64,000 nucleotides of DNA from Candidatus Heimdallarchaeota archaeon. Its GTDB lineage: Archaea; Asgardarchaeota; Heimdallarchaeia; JABLTI01. Below, piece by piece: positions 31,880 to 42,467 of the stretch. The notes under the pieces were generated by a model. That model was given only the letters and a program-made list of their open reading frames with translations. It searched no databases and was not told where the DNA came from. Where the stretch lies: assembly GCA_019058275.1 (NCBI GenBank), contig JAHLVW010000053.1, positions 33,361 through 97,360 of the forward strand. The letters run 5' to 3'. A program made the translations under genes and the position numbers. Position 1 is the stretch's first letter. Each line of letters begins with the position of its first letter.

Positions 31880-33178
31880 ATGTATTACCATCGAACTGGT
31901 AATTTTCCCAAGAAGATTTTGGCATCACCTAATGATAATTTGAATTATCTATTACGATGTGGAACAGATCAGCAAATTAACTTCATATTTCAATTAGATG
32001 GACAAGTTGATGCAGAACGTATGAAAAAAGCAGTTAGATTAACACTTGATGCGGAACCTGTTTTAGGATGCAGATTTGTAAAGGATCGTAGGAAAACATA
32101 TTGGGAAAGAAGAGATGATATTGATGGTTTAAATTATTTTGAAGTTATCGAGACAACTAAAGTAGAAAATGAGTTAAATAAATTTATTTTAAGTCAAATT
32201 GATCCCAGTCTTGATTCCATCATTCAAGTTAAGATATTTCGCTCAGAGAAAGATACTCTCATGATAAAATCTGATCATAGTGTTATGGATGGTGGAGGAT
32301 TTTACGATTATCTTACTTTGCTGTGTGATATATACAATAAACTGACAGAAAATCCTAGCTATAATGTTCAACCAAATATCCAAGCATCTCGAGGATTAAA
32401 GCAAGTATTAAAACATTATAGTTTCAGAAAGAAAATGTGTTCATTACTACGTGAAAGAGGATATACGCCTACTTGGTCATTTCCATCGATTGGAAATGGT
32501 CGAACAAAAAAGACTTTCACATTAAGAAAAATATCACCTGAAAGATTCGATAATATCAAACAATATGGTAAACAACGCAATGCTTCTTTAAACGATATGT
32601 TTCTTACAGCTGTTTTCAGAGCATTATTTGCTATAAATAAACCTCATAAAAACAAGCCAATGACTATTGCTGTACCAACTGATTTATGGTGTTTGATGCC
32701 AACTAAAAAGGCAGAAACAATTACAAATTTAGTTTCAACAACTTTTGCATCAACAAAATATGACCCAACAATAACTTTTGATGAAATGTTGAAAGATATT
32801 AGCAAGCAAATGAAGAAGAAGAAAGACATATATTTGGGACTTGGTCAAACATTTGTTCTCAATAACTTGTTTAGACTAAGATATTCATGGATTGAGAAAT
32901 TACAGAAAGGAATATTCAAAATGGTTTATAAAAGCGGAAAGATGCACCCTATAGTTACCAATGTGGGAATGGTAGACGCGAAAAAGAGACATTTTGCTGA
33001 AGTAAATGTTGAAGATGGTTACATAATAACTCCAGTTAATTGGGCAACATCATTTAGTATGGGAATAAGCTCTTTCAACAAACGAATAACTATGAGTATA
33101 GCATTCTGCGAAGATTCATATGACAAACGAACTATAGAACTCTTTCTAGATCTTATTATGAGTGAATTTCCTGAGTAA
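31880..33178 (+). CDS. Stand-alone condensation-domain / CoA-dependent acyltransferase
   Basis: SDHSVMDGGG (HxxxDG), SLNDMFLTA, TNVG. Confidence 0.8.
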   Translation: MYYHRTGNFPKKILASPNDNLNYLLRCGTDQQINFIFQLDGQVDAERMKKAVRLTLDAEPVLGCRFVKDRRKTYWERRDDIDGLNYFEVIETTKVENELNKFILSQIDPSLDSIIQVKIFRSEKDTLMIKSDHSVMDGGGFYDYLTLLCDIYNKLTENPSYNVQPNIQASRGLKQVLKHYSFRKKMCSLLRERGYTPTWSFPSIGNGRTKKTFTLRKISPERFDNIKQYGKQRNASLNDMFLTAVFRALFAINKPHKNKPMTIAVPTDLWCLMPTKKAETITNLVSTTFASTKYDPTITFDEMLKDISKQMKKKKDIYLGLGQTFVLNNLFRLRYSWIEKLQKGIFKMVYKSGKMHPIVTNVGMVDAKKRHFAEVNVEDGYIITPVNWATSFSMGISSFNKRITMSIAFCEDSYDKRTIELFLDLIMSEFPE

Positions 33179-33237
33179 GTAGAAGATCTAAATGAAATGT
33201 GAAGAGAAAATAATCTCTTCAAAACTTGATTTGAAAA

Positions 33238-35022
33238 TTATTGATTAGCACCAATTTTTCTTTTATTAATAAAAATAAAACATCCACCAATTAACGAAAT
33301 AATTCCAAGAATAATTGGAAAATTGATACCAACTAAAATGGACGGTTCTAATGGCACATCATATCCTGCTAATCGCAAATAGTTTTTAGCTGTAGTAATA
33401 GAGTAGTTGTAAGGTTCAAGTGATTCATCGAAAATTGTTGCAGTTTTAGGACAGGGTGTAACACCTGGACTACCTAAACCTAGTAATATCTCATCAGCAA
33501 TTATTTGTCTTGGAATACAGTGAGACATTGCTTTTCTAACATAATTAGCTGATTTTGGACCAGCAATTGGACACAGTTCTCCTGTCCCTAGGATGGGATG
33601 TTCCATGTTTATTGCTATTTCTTTAGTACGAGCTTCGTCTATTAACGAATAACTAGTTCCAGATGGTATTTCATATAGTTGAGCTTGGAATTGTGCATCA
33701 ACCATGTCAAGGACTCCTGCTGCTAGTGCTGAGAGAGCACCTTCTTTATTGGACCAAAATTCAAAATAAATATCATTAAAATAGGGAACATCACCAGACC
33801 AATCATCAAAGAAATCATTCCTTTCAAGATGGATAACCTCACTTGTAAAATTAAATTCAACAAAAGAATAAGGACCTGCACCAATTAACTTCTCTGGATT
33901 GCTTATCGCCCAAGTAGAAGCTTGAGTTTTATGATCTGCTGGATTCACTTCTTCCCAAATATGTTTAGGTAAAATAGGTAGTGTAAGATGGTTATTTTGA
34001 AAAATATATTGCTGCAAAAACTTAATTTTCACATGAAATTCATCAATTATGGAAACTGATTCATTGCTAATGTAAACACAATAATCATCATAATAATGAC
34101 TGCATATATCAATATCAGCAAATAATTCATAACTATATTTAACATCTGAAGCATTTAAGACATGTCCATCTGCAAACTTTGCATTTGGATTAATATAAAC
34201 ATCATAGGTAATTCCATCAGAGCTACTTATGGAAGAAGCTAGTCTTGGAGCATGACTCCTATTGTAAGGAGCTAATGGATTTCTCTCGACTAAACCAGTA
34301 TAAATCTGATTTAGCCATTGAGCATCATGATCTGATTGATATAAGTAAATATGAAAATCCTCAAAATCAGATGGAATTGCTTCTGACCCGGTATAGACCA
34401 GTTCTCCATCGATTGGAAATCCTCATTCCAAAGTAAAATATCCCAACTTGTTGTATCAAAATTAATATCATGAGGAATGAGATCAATTGGATATACTATT
34501 GAAATTGCTGGAAGATCTTCATAAAGTATCTTTTGTATTTCTTTACCCCAATAATCTTGATTTTCAAAATTAATGGATTGAGTATAATTACCAATAGCAC
34601 AATCCATAGCATGATTTGAATACTGATAAAAATTATCACCATTAGGAGTTATTGATTGTGAGTCAAAAAATCCTAATGGACTCCAATCCCCAACCCCAAC
34701 CAACAAATAGAACATCATAACCGCCCTCCATATAGGTTGGAATAGGATATGGTCCCGGATACCCCCAAGATCGAGGACTGATTTGAGACCAACTAGTGTG
34801 ATCAAAGACATCGATACCGATTCCAGCTTTTGGCCATTGTTCAACCATCATGGTAGCCCATTGATTTCTAGCTGGACTAGTATTAGGAGCTAAAACACTG
34901 ATATAAAATAATGGTTCAATCTCTACTTCTTCAGCGGTAGTCAATTCTGAATTAAGAAATGGCAAAAATCCTAAACAAAAACCCAAAATGAAAAATACTA
35001 AAAACCTGTTCCTTTCAATCAT
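33238..35022 (-). pseudogene. Family-5 (oligopeptide) ABC solute-binding protein, circularly permuted, three frameshifts
   Basis: Signal peptide, KFADGHVLNASDV, GAGPY, RKAMSH, C-terminal TM; shifts near 34685, 34375 and 34265. Confidence 0.85.
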
Positions 35023-35082
35023 ATTATTCCCCCACAATTCTTATTATAATATCTAATATTTCTTTTTCGTTTATTTTGTTAA

Positions 35083-36069
35083 TTAATTTTTATGGTTAGA
35101 ATCTTGAACATACTTTTGAAGACCTTCTGGAACCTTTTTTTCATCAATATCCTTGTTTTTCCAAATGATTTTCTCCAAAGGATTATTTGCTAAATTAAAT
35201 TCTTGGAGATTTTCACATTCAATTAGCGGAGTGATATCAACTTCTGTAAGGTTATTATTTGTGAGCCAAAAATCTTCTAATTCTTGACATTTTTTCAAAG
35301 GTCCAAGATCAATAGTTTCTAGTTTATTTTCTTCTAAGTAGAGATTCCTCAGATTCTTCCAATTTTTAATTGGAGATAAATCTATAGTTTTGAGTTTATT
35401 CCCCCTTAATGAAAACCATCTTAGGTTTTCAAGATGTTCCAGCGGTTTTAGGTTTATATTTTCAAATTTATTATCAGCCAACCATAGCTCTTCTAGATTT
35501 GTACATTCTCTAATTGGTTCTAAATCGATACTGGAAAGATGGTCATTTTCCAGATAGAGATTACGTAATTTCGAACTTTTCCTAAATGGGGATAAGTCAA
35601 TTCTTTGAAGCTTATTACCTGATATCGAAAACCAATTCAATTCTAAGCAACTTTCCAAAGGTGTTAAATCAGTAGGTAGCAGCTCATTATATTCAAGATT
35701 GATTCTTTCAAGATTTGAGCATTCTTTTAGCGGATATAAATCAATTGAAGTGAATTTATTGAAATCCAAACATAATTCCATTAGTTTTTTACAGCTTTTC
35801 AAAGGTGATAGGTCGACTGATTTCAGCTTATTGTTGTCTATATACAACTCCTTTAAATTAGTGCATTTTCTAAGTGGATATAAATCAAGTTCGGTATAGT
35901 GATTTGTTGAAAGCATTAGGTGTTTGAGTTTTTTACACTTTTCAAGTGGAGAAAGTTCAATAGATTTCAATTCATTATAAACTATTACTATTTTCTCAAC
36001 ATCTTCTTCAAATTCGTATTTTCGTTTTTCACCCTTGAGATTCTCAGCTTCTATTATCACTAATGACAA
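35083..36069 (-). CDS. Leucine-rich repeat protein (about 12 repeats of 22 aa)
   Basis: LxxLxLxxNxLxxIDLxPLxxC repeated. Confidence 0.93.
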   Translation of the reverse strand: MSLVIIEAENLKGEKRKYEFEEDVEKIVIVYNELKSIELSPLEKCKKLKHLMLSTNHYTELDLYPLRKCTNLKELYIDNNKLKSVDLSPLKSCKKLMELCLDFNKFTSIDLYPLKECSNLERINLEYNELLPTDLTPLESCLELNWFSISGNKLQRIDLSPFRKSSKLRNLYLENDHLSSIDLEPIRECTNLEELWLADNKFENINLKPLEHLENLRWFSLRGNKLKTIDLSPIKNWKNLRNLYLEENKLETIDLGPLKKCQELEDFWLTNNNLTEVDITPLIECENLQEFNLANNPLEKIIWKNKDIDEKKVPEGLQKYVQDSNHKN

Positions 36070-36179
36070 GCATCCTGCTGTTAATAATAGGTCTAAATGG
36101 AGATAAGAGAATAATTGTTTTTCTCTAATGGTTCATTTCCATAGAAAGAAGTCTGTTTTTTATCTCTCAAATCTTTTTC

Positions 36180-36878
36180 TTATTTATTTTGAAAAACTAA
36201 ACAATAGCTGTGATCATAACCATAACCAAAAGTTCCATCAACACGCCAAGGTTCTGATTGACCATCTACAGTATCACTCTCTCGAAATTCCCAAATAATA
36301 ATTACTTCACCAACAAAATGCAATACTTTGGTGATAGATTTGCCTACATCCCATGCTAACGTAGTGATAATACCTTCCTTGTTTTTCAGATTAGCAATAT
36401 CAAGAACAATGTAAGAATCTGGTTTCATCTTATCCTTGACTTGGGAATAGATCTTTTGATAATCAAGTAGATATTGCTGATAACTTCCATCCGATTCATA
36501 TGCATTGTATGGATTTTCTTTATGATCTTTCATTGTAAAAGGTGGAGATCCATAACAAAAATCGCATTTTGGAATGTTATACTCGACTAATTTTGTAGAG
36601 TCTCCAAGAATTATATTATCTTTATGTTTGAGATTTTCCTTAATGTAGCTATAACGTTCTTTGGTAATTTCAACACCGAATGGAATCCTCTCGTTCTCTT
36701 CAGCAACAAATAAAGTTGTTCCTAGTCCTGCAAAAATATCTAGAACTCTATCACCCTTTTTTGTAAAATTCTTTATGAAGTATTCAACGAGGTTTTCTGG
36801 AGAACGATTATCATCACCCTGGAATTTTTTAGGGAGAATTCTATTCTTCATTTTGGGTAGAATCAAATAAGTTTTCAT
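36180..36878 (-). CDS. Amino-methyltransferase (N4-C/N6-A DNA or Trm11-like RNA methylase)
   Basis: VLDIFAGLGTT (motif I), SPPF (motif IV). Confidence 0.78.
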   Translation of the reverse strand: MKTYLILPKMKNRILPKKFQGDDNRSPENLVEYFIKNFTKKGDRVLDIFAGLGTTLFVAEENERIPFGVEITKERYSYIKENLKHKDNIILGDSTKLVEYNIPKCDFCYGSPPFTMKDHKENPYNAYESDGSYQQYLLDYQKIYSQVKDKMKPDSYIVLDIANLKNKEGIITTLAWDVGKSITKVLHFVGEVIIIWEFRESDTVDGQSEPWRVDGTFGYGYDHSYCLVFQNK

Positions 36879-37017
36879 CGGTATAACTAAGTTAGACTAC
36901 AAAAGGAAAAATCTTTCCTTTTTCATAGAAAAGGATTCTTTAGAACGATTTCTATTTTTGATACTTAGAACCAATGAATCAATTATTCCAACCAAAATGT
37001 CAACATATTAGTTACTG

Positions 37018-38130
37018 TTAAAGCACTTTTAACGGATTAACCTTTCTTTTGAAGGCTTTCCTTAACATCCAAGAAGTTAATCCTTTTGGAGGTTTCTTAT
37101 TATCTTCAGATTTTCTTGGAATTAAGATCAAAGCATCTTCAGGACAAACAATTGCACAAGCACCACAACCAACGCATTTGTCATCTACAACACATTTTCC
37201 ATCAATGATTTCTAGTGCATTGAATTGACATCGTTCAATGCATTCACCGCAGCCAATACAAGAGTCATCATCAATATTTATTATATAATCAGAATTAACA
37301 AATGCATTAGGATGATCAAATTCTGTCAAAGCTCGAAGAACACCACAACAACATGAACAACAATTACAAATATAGAAATGGCCAGATGCAATATTCATTG
37401 TTGTATGGATTAAACCTGCTTCTCTAGCTTCTTTTAAAACTTCAAGTGCTTCATCTATGGTAATTGCTTTTGAGTGTGGATTATCATCATATTTGTTTTC
37501 TGTATCTGAAAAGGATAAACAGACATTCATTGGATATTTACAATGATTATCAATTAGTCTCTGCTGTTTTCGGCAAATACAATCTCTTATTCCCCAACTT
37601 TTAGCTTTTCGGACCATATCCTCTGCTTTGCTATAAGAATGAATTTTCAGATCAGATTGAATGACTTTTTCAATAGGCACAACTCGATGGATAGCAGGTT
37701 GAGACCTTGAAAGTATTGCTCCATTACTTTTTTGACAATACTCTTCAAAGAGCTGAGCAAAATCTGCATCCATTCGATCAATCTGCTCTTCATAGATACC
37801 CACTACAAAAGGCAATAAACCATATTTCTTCCCTCTCTTAGTTTTAATAACACGTATTTGACCTTTCTTATACATGGTTTCAATCTTTTGAGCTAATTCT
37901 TCACGAGGTATTTTCAATCGCTTGGACATTCTCTCAATTGTTTGACCTGTAAGCTTCATTCTACTTACTATTTCCGCTTCATCAGGTTCAAAAATCCATT
38001 CCAACACCTTTAAATGAGTTCCATCTTCTGTTGTTGGAAAACCATTTGGAATCTTGTTAAGTGTCTTAGCTAATTTTGCATATGAATCAGCAGTACTTTT
38101 GATTGCTTCAGTCATTGTAAGATATTCCAA
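37018..38130 (-). CDS. 4Fe-4S dicluster domain protein
   Basis: CICR, ICNCCSCCC, CIGCGECIERC, CVGCGACAIVCP. Confidence 0.9.
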   Translation of the reverse strand: MEYLTMTEAIKSTADSYAKLAKTLNKIPNGFPTTEDGTHLKVLEWIFEPDEAEIVSRMKLTGQTIERMSKRLKIPREELAQKIETMYKKGQIRVIKTKRGKKYGLLPFVVGIYEEQIDRMDADFAQLFEEYCQKSNGAILSRSQPAIHRVVPIEKVIQSDLKIHSYSKAEDMVRKAKSWGIRDCICRKQQRLIDNHCKYPMNVCLSFSDTENKYDDNPHSKAITIDEALEVLKEAREAGLIHTTMNIASGHFYICNCCSCCCGVLRALTEFDHPNAFVNSDYIINIDDDSCIGCGECIERCQFNALEIIDGKCVVDDKCVGCGACAIVCPEDALILIPRKSEDNKKPPKGLTSWMLRKAFKRKVNPLKVL

Positions 38131-38216
38131 GCAATTTGTAATGGTTGGATTTCAATATCATTTGAATTTAAGTAACTACCGATTAACAAAATGAAATCTT
38201 TGGAAAAAGGTCTGAT

Positions 38217-38663
38217 TTATAGATTAAGCTCAAACTCTATTTCATCAGGTTCTCCATCTTCTCGATATCGAAGAACCTTTCCATTTTCTTTGAATCCCTT
38301 ACTCTCAATTAAATTTCGCATTACAACATTTTCTACAACAATACTTGTTCGAGCAGTTTTTAGTCGACCATCTTTTCGTAAAATATCGAGTACTAATTCC
38401 ATTGCTCTTTTCCCATAACCTCTACCTTGATAACGAATATCTATCATTAATCGCCAGATGTCGTAATCCTCAAGATCATAAGCAATTAACCCAACTGCTT
38501 TATTGTCAACATACACTCCTTTAGCAATTTTCTCTTCTTTGAATTGCATTTGAGCGATTGTATAGAGGTTAGAAGCAACGAACTGCTCTTGTTCTTGGTC
38601 AACATGTAAAGAAACCAGCTCTTCGAAATTCTCTCGAGTAATATCCCTAAGAACAACTGACAT
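38217..38663 (-). CDS. GNAT acetyltransferase (spermidine/diamine acetyltransferase-like)
   Basis: QFVASN, RLMIDIRYQGRGYG. Confidence 0.88.
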   Translation of the reverse strand: MSVVLRDITRENFEELVSLHVDQEQEQFVASNLYTIAQMQFKEEKIAKGVYVDNKAVGLIAYDLEDYDIWRLMIDIRYQGRGYGKRAMELVLDILRKDGRLKTARTSIVVENVVMRNLIESKGFKENGKVLRYREDGEPDEIEFELNL

Positions 38664-38714
38664 GATAGTTACCTCTAATTATTACTAATTTTTTTTAATC
38701 AAAATAATTTCTCT

Positions 38715-40466
38715 CTAAATCTTTAAGGCAAATAATTTTCGATATTCGACTACTTTTCCAGTATCATCGTCTCGAACTTCCATGATAGTTTCATTAGCAA
38801 TTTGCTTAGCACTAGTATCCAAGTTTACTTGTTTTAATGCTTCCACCATTGGAGCTTTCTGTTCTCTAAGACGATTCCACATATTTTGTTGCTCAGCTAA
38901 TTTTGCTTGTTCCTCTTTTATGTTATGAGCTATTAAATCTAATTTCTTGTCTTCTGCCAAAGTTTTTGCAGTAATGAGCAGCTCTACAGCTTTTTCAGCA
39001 TCTAATTCAACTAACGCTAACTGTGATTTTAATCGATAAATGTTTATTATTAAATTGAACTGTTTCCTCTCTTCAGCAAATGATTGAATCTTTTCTATTT
39101 GTTTCTTTACTTCAGTCAATACTTCTTGATCTGCGGTTAATTGTAATTCCTTTAAGCGTATCTCAACTAAATGATAAAGAGCATCTATTTGAGAATCAAT
39201 TGGGAGAGTTTCATCCTTTAGGAGTTTCTCTAATATTTCTACTGCATTAAGCCAATCTTGTATACGAGTACTTTCTTTTAAAAGAAGGACTTTAGCAAAT
39301 TGGTATTTTCGAGTTACAGCTTCTAAACCTGTCTCCTTACTTAGCTTTTCAAGCTCCTTAAGATATTCCTCAGTTTGAGGTATATTATTTAGTAAAATTG
39401 ATGTAAAAATAAGACTATAAATAATACCTGGTCTGACCCTTTGTTCACCCATTGATTTGCTTTCTTCTAGAGCCATAATGTAATATTCTTGTGCTTTTTT
39501 AATTTCATTTTTCAATAGATAAATTTCACAAATATTAGTATAATATAAATAACGACCTTCTTCTGTTTCATCTAAGGCTAATACGTAATACTTTAAAGCT
39601 TCATCTAAATTAAAAGACCTATTATGAATTATTCCAAGGTGTAAATAAAAGACTCGAAGGAGAATTCTTGTTCCAGTTTCTTTACAAAGTTCTATTGCTT
39701 TACAAAAATAATCTTTTGCTATATTATAATTTCCAAGTGTCATTTTTGCTGATGCAGCAGGAAAATAAACAAATACTTGAAATGTTTTCTTCTCAGAAAG
39801 ATCTACTATTTTTAGAGTTTCATCAGCCAATTTATCAGCAAGAGCTTTTTGGTCTGTTTGAGATAACATATAACTATACCATCCTTTTGCTAGAGTGATA
39901 TAATCTTTATTCTCACTTTTTTCAGCACTTTCATAACCAGCTTTAAACAACTCAATAGCAGAAGCAATATCTCCAAGTTCATTTACCATAATACCCTTAT
40001 TTATGAGAAAATAGGATTTTCTTTTAGAAATCTCTTTTAGGTCAACTTCTTTTGCAGCTTCAATCATTCCCAAACCTTTTTCGATTGCTGCCATACACTC
40101 CTTATATTGTGCTGTATAAGTAAATGAGATAATTTGTTGCCAATAAGTGTCAAGTACTAGGAAGAGATTATCTAGTGACGCACTTTCTTTCAAAACCTTG
40201 CTTGTTAGTTTTAATGACTCATGGAACTTTGCAGTATAATTCAGAATTTCACTTTGATAGACAATAATTCGTAGTTCCTGTTCTTTCGATAGATTGCCAC
40301 TTTTAAGCAAGTCTTCTGCCTTTTTATCTGACTCTTTTAACTTTCCAAGCCAAATTTGAGATTCTAATTCTACTATCTGTTTCTCCAACTCTGTTGACAA
40401 AATAACTACCCATACAATAAATAAAGGTGATAGGATAAATCTTTTTCTCAAAAAAATAACTCGCAA
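38715..40466 (-). CDS. Tetratricopeptide-repeat protein
   Basis: All-helical TPR pattern (LGIIH..NLDEALKYY, AKDYFCKAIEL); start may lie further downstream. Confidence 0.8.
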   Translation of the reverse strand: MRVIFLRKRFILSPLFIVWVVILSTELEKQIVELESQIWLGKLKESDKKAEDLLKSGNLSKEQELRIIVYQSEILNYTAKFHESLKLTSKVLKESASLDNLFLVLDTYWQQIISFTYTAQYKECMAAIEKGLGMIEAAKEVDLKEISKRKSYFLINKGIMVNELGDIASAIELFKAGYESAEKSENKDYITLAKGWYSYMLSQTDQKALADKLADETLKIVDLSEKKTFQVFVYFPAASAKMTLGNYNIAKDYFCKAIELCKETGTRILLRVFYLHLGIIHNRSFNLDEALKYYVLALDETEEGRYLYYTNICEIYLLKNEIKKAQEYYIMALEESKSMGEQRVRPGIIYSLIFTSILLNNIPQTEEYLKELEKLSKETGLEAVTRKYQFAKVLLLKESTRIQDWLNAVEILEKLLKDETLPIDSQIDALYHLVEIRLKELQLTADQEVLTEVKKQIEKIQSFAEERKQFNLIINIYRLKSQLALVELDAEKAVELLITAKTLAEDKKLDLIAHNIKEEQAKLAEQQNMWNRLREQKAPMVEALKQVNLDTSAKQIANETIMEVRDDDTGKVVEYRKLFALKI

Positions 40467-40492
40467 GATTTATCCATTTTTGATAATAGAAA

Positions 40493-41458
40493 TCAACTAT
40501 TTTTCAAAGTTTCTTCAATTTTTTCGAGGATTTCTCTGCTTAAAGTAACTTCACTTGCTTGAGCATTAGAAATAACATGCTCTGGTTTGGATGCACCCAT
40601 TAAAGAAGAGCTTACTTCAGGCAATCTTAGAGTCCATGCTATTGCCATTTGACTTATTGGTATCTCTAATTCCTTAGCAATTGGAAATAATTTGTTCACT
40701 CTATTTCGATATTTTTCCATTACTTCATCAGTGTAGTCATCATTTCTACTTGCTCAAGATCCCTTTGATTTTCCTTTAAGATATTTATCTGTTATTAATC
40801 CAGTTGCTAATGCTTCAAAGGTTACTAATCCTAGTCCATGATATTTAGCTACTTCTAGTAAATCCTCTTCTATGAATCTTGCATACATATGATATGGTGG
40901 TTGCTCCGCATGTGGTGGATGTGCACCAAGATTTTTAGCTATCCAAATTGCTCTTTCCACCATTGTTGGTGACCACCAGCTTGTTCCCCAATGATGAATT
41001 GTTCCTTCTTCAATCAAGTCACTCATTGTTAGCACGGTTTCTTCAAGAGGAGTAGTTCGATCTGGTCTATGACAATAATAAATGTCAATATAATCCGTTT
41101 GCAACAATCTAAGTGATCGTTTGACTGCTTCATGAATATGCTTTCGACTTAATCCTCCACTGTTAGGGCTTTTCCTCATCTTGTAGAAAACTTTTGTACT
41201 AATAACGAGATCATCACGACTTTGTCCTTGTAGGAATTCACCTAGATATTCTTCTGCTGGTGTTCGTTCTTCCATTGGAAGTTCTGAGTCAAAGATTCCA
41301 TATCTATCTGCGCAATCTATGTAGTTAATTCCTTGATTTAATGCTTCTTCCAAAACACTGAAGGATGTTTTCTTGCTGAAATACGATCCATGATACATTG
41401 TTCCAATACTTATTTCTGAAACCTTTAATCCTTGTTTTCCTAAATTACGATACTTCAT
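40493..41458 (-). pseudogene. Aldo/keto reductase with one in-frame TGA
   Basis: MKYRNLG, LQTDYIDIYYCH, GASKPEH; TGA at 40754 where the paralog has CGA (SRA). Confidence 0.9.
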
Positions 41459-41468
41459 TTTACACTCC

Positions 41469-42452
41469 TCACCTATAACTTGATCTTGGTTTGTTTTGCA
41501 GAACCTCTTCGACTTTCTCAAAAGTTTCCTGAGAGAATTCTATTCCACTTGCTCCAGCATTCGATTTCACATGTTCTGGTTTTGATGCACCAATAATAAT
41601 TGAGCTAATTTCTGGTTTCTGAAGTGTCCAAGCAATTGCGAATTGATTCAATGGTATTTCTATGGATTCAACCAAAGGCACTAATTCAGAAACTTTATCT
41701 CCAAACTGTTCAAGCATTCCAGCTTGGTAATTACTTACAGCAGCTCGACTGGTTTTCGGAACCTTCTAGAGATATTTTCCAGTAAACACACCACCAGCAA
41801 GTGGTTGATAAGCAATTAATCCTAAACCATGATAAGTTGCTAGTTCTAAAATATCAACCTCAATGGATCTTTCTAATAAATGATACTTTGGTTGTTCAAC
41901 ATGAGGAGGATACATCCCAAGATTTTTCGAAAGACCAATCACTCGTTCAATAAGTGTTGCTGGCCAACGACTTGTTCCCCAGTAATGAATTAATCCTTCA
42001 TCGATTAGATTAGTCATTACAGAGATGGTTTCCTCTAATGGAGTTGATGGATCCGGTCGATGACAATAATAAATATCAAGATAATCCGTTTGCAAATGGT
42101 TCAATGAGTCTTCTATTCCTTCTCTAATGTGTTTCCTACTTAATCCTCCACTATTCACACTTTCTTGCATTTCAGTGTAAACTTTGCTACTAATAACAAA
42201 GTCTTCTCGAGTATATTCCTTTAGAAATTCTCCTACAATTGCTTCAGCTCTCACTCGCTTCTCATTATCCATCTTTGTATCATCGATTATACCATACAAA
42301 TCAGCATTATCAATATGGTTTATTCCTTGATTATGCGCTTCTTCCAAACACTTCAAAGCATTTTCTTTCTTTACTTTTGATCCATGGTACATTGTTCCTA
42401 TGCTTATCTCTGAAACTTTCACACCATGTTTTCCAACATTTCTATATTTCAT
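41469..42452 (-). pseudogene. Aldo/keto reductase with one in-frame TAG
   Basis: ORFs 41766-42452 and 41469-41717 are in the same frame: GKYL*KVPKTSRAA. Confidence 0.9.
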
Positions 42453-42467
42453 CTAATTCCTCCTATT

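Noticed and set aside
31880-33178. NRPS gene cluster
   Set aside because: No adenylation, carrier or thioesterase domains nearby
35083-36069. 66-bp periodicity as a CRISPR array or DGR repeats
   Set aside because: Degenerate in-frame LRR coding repeats; no cas or reverse transcriptase gene in the window
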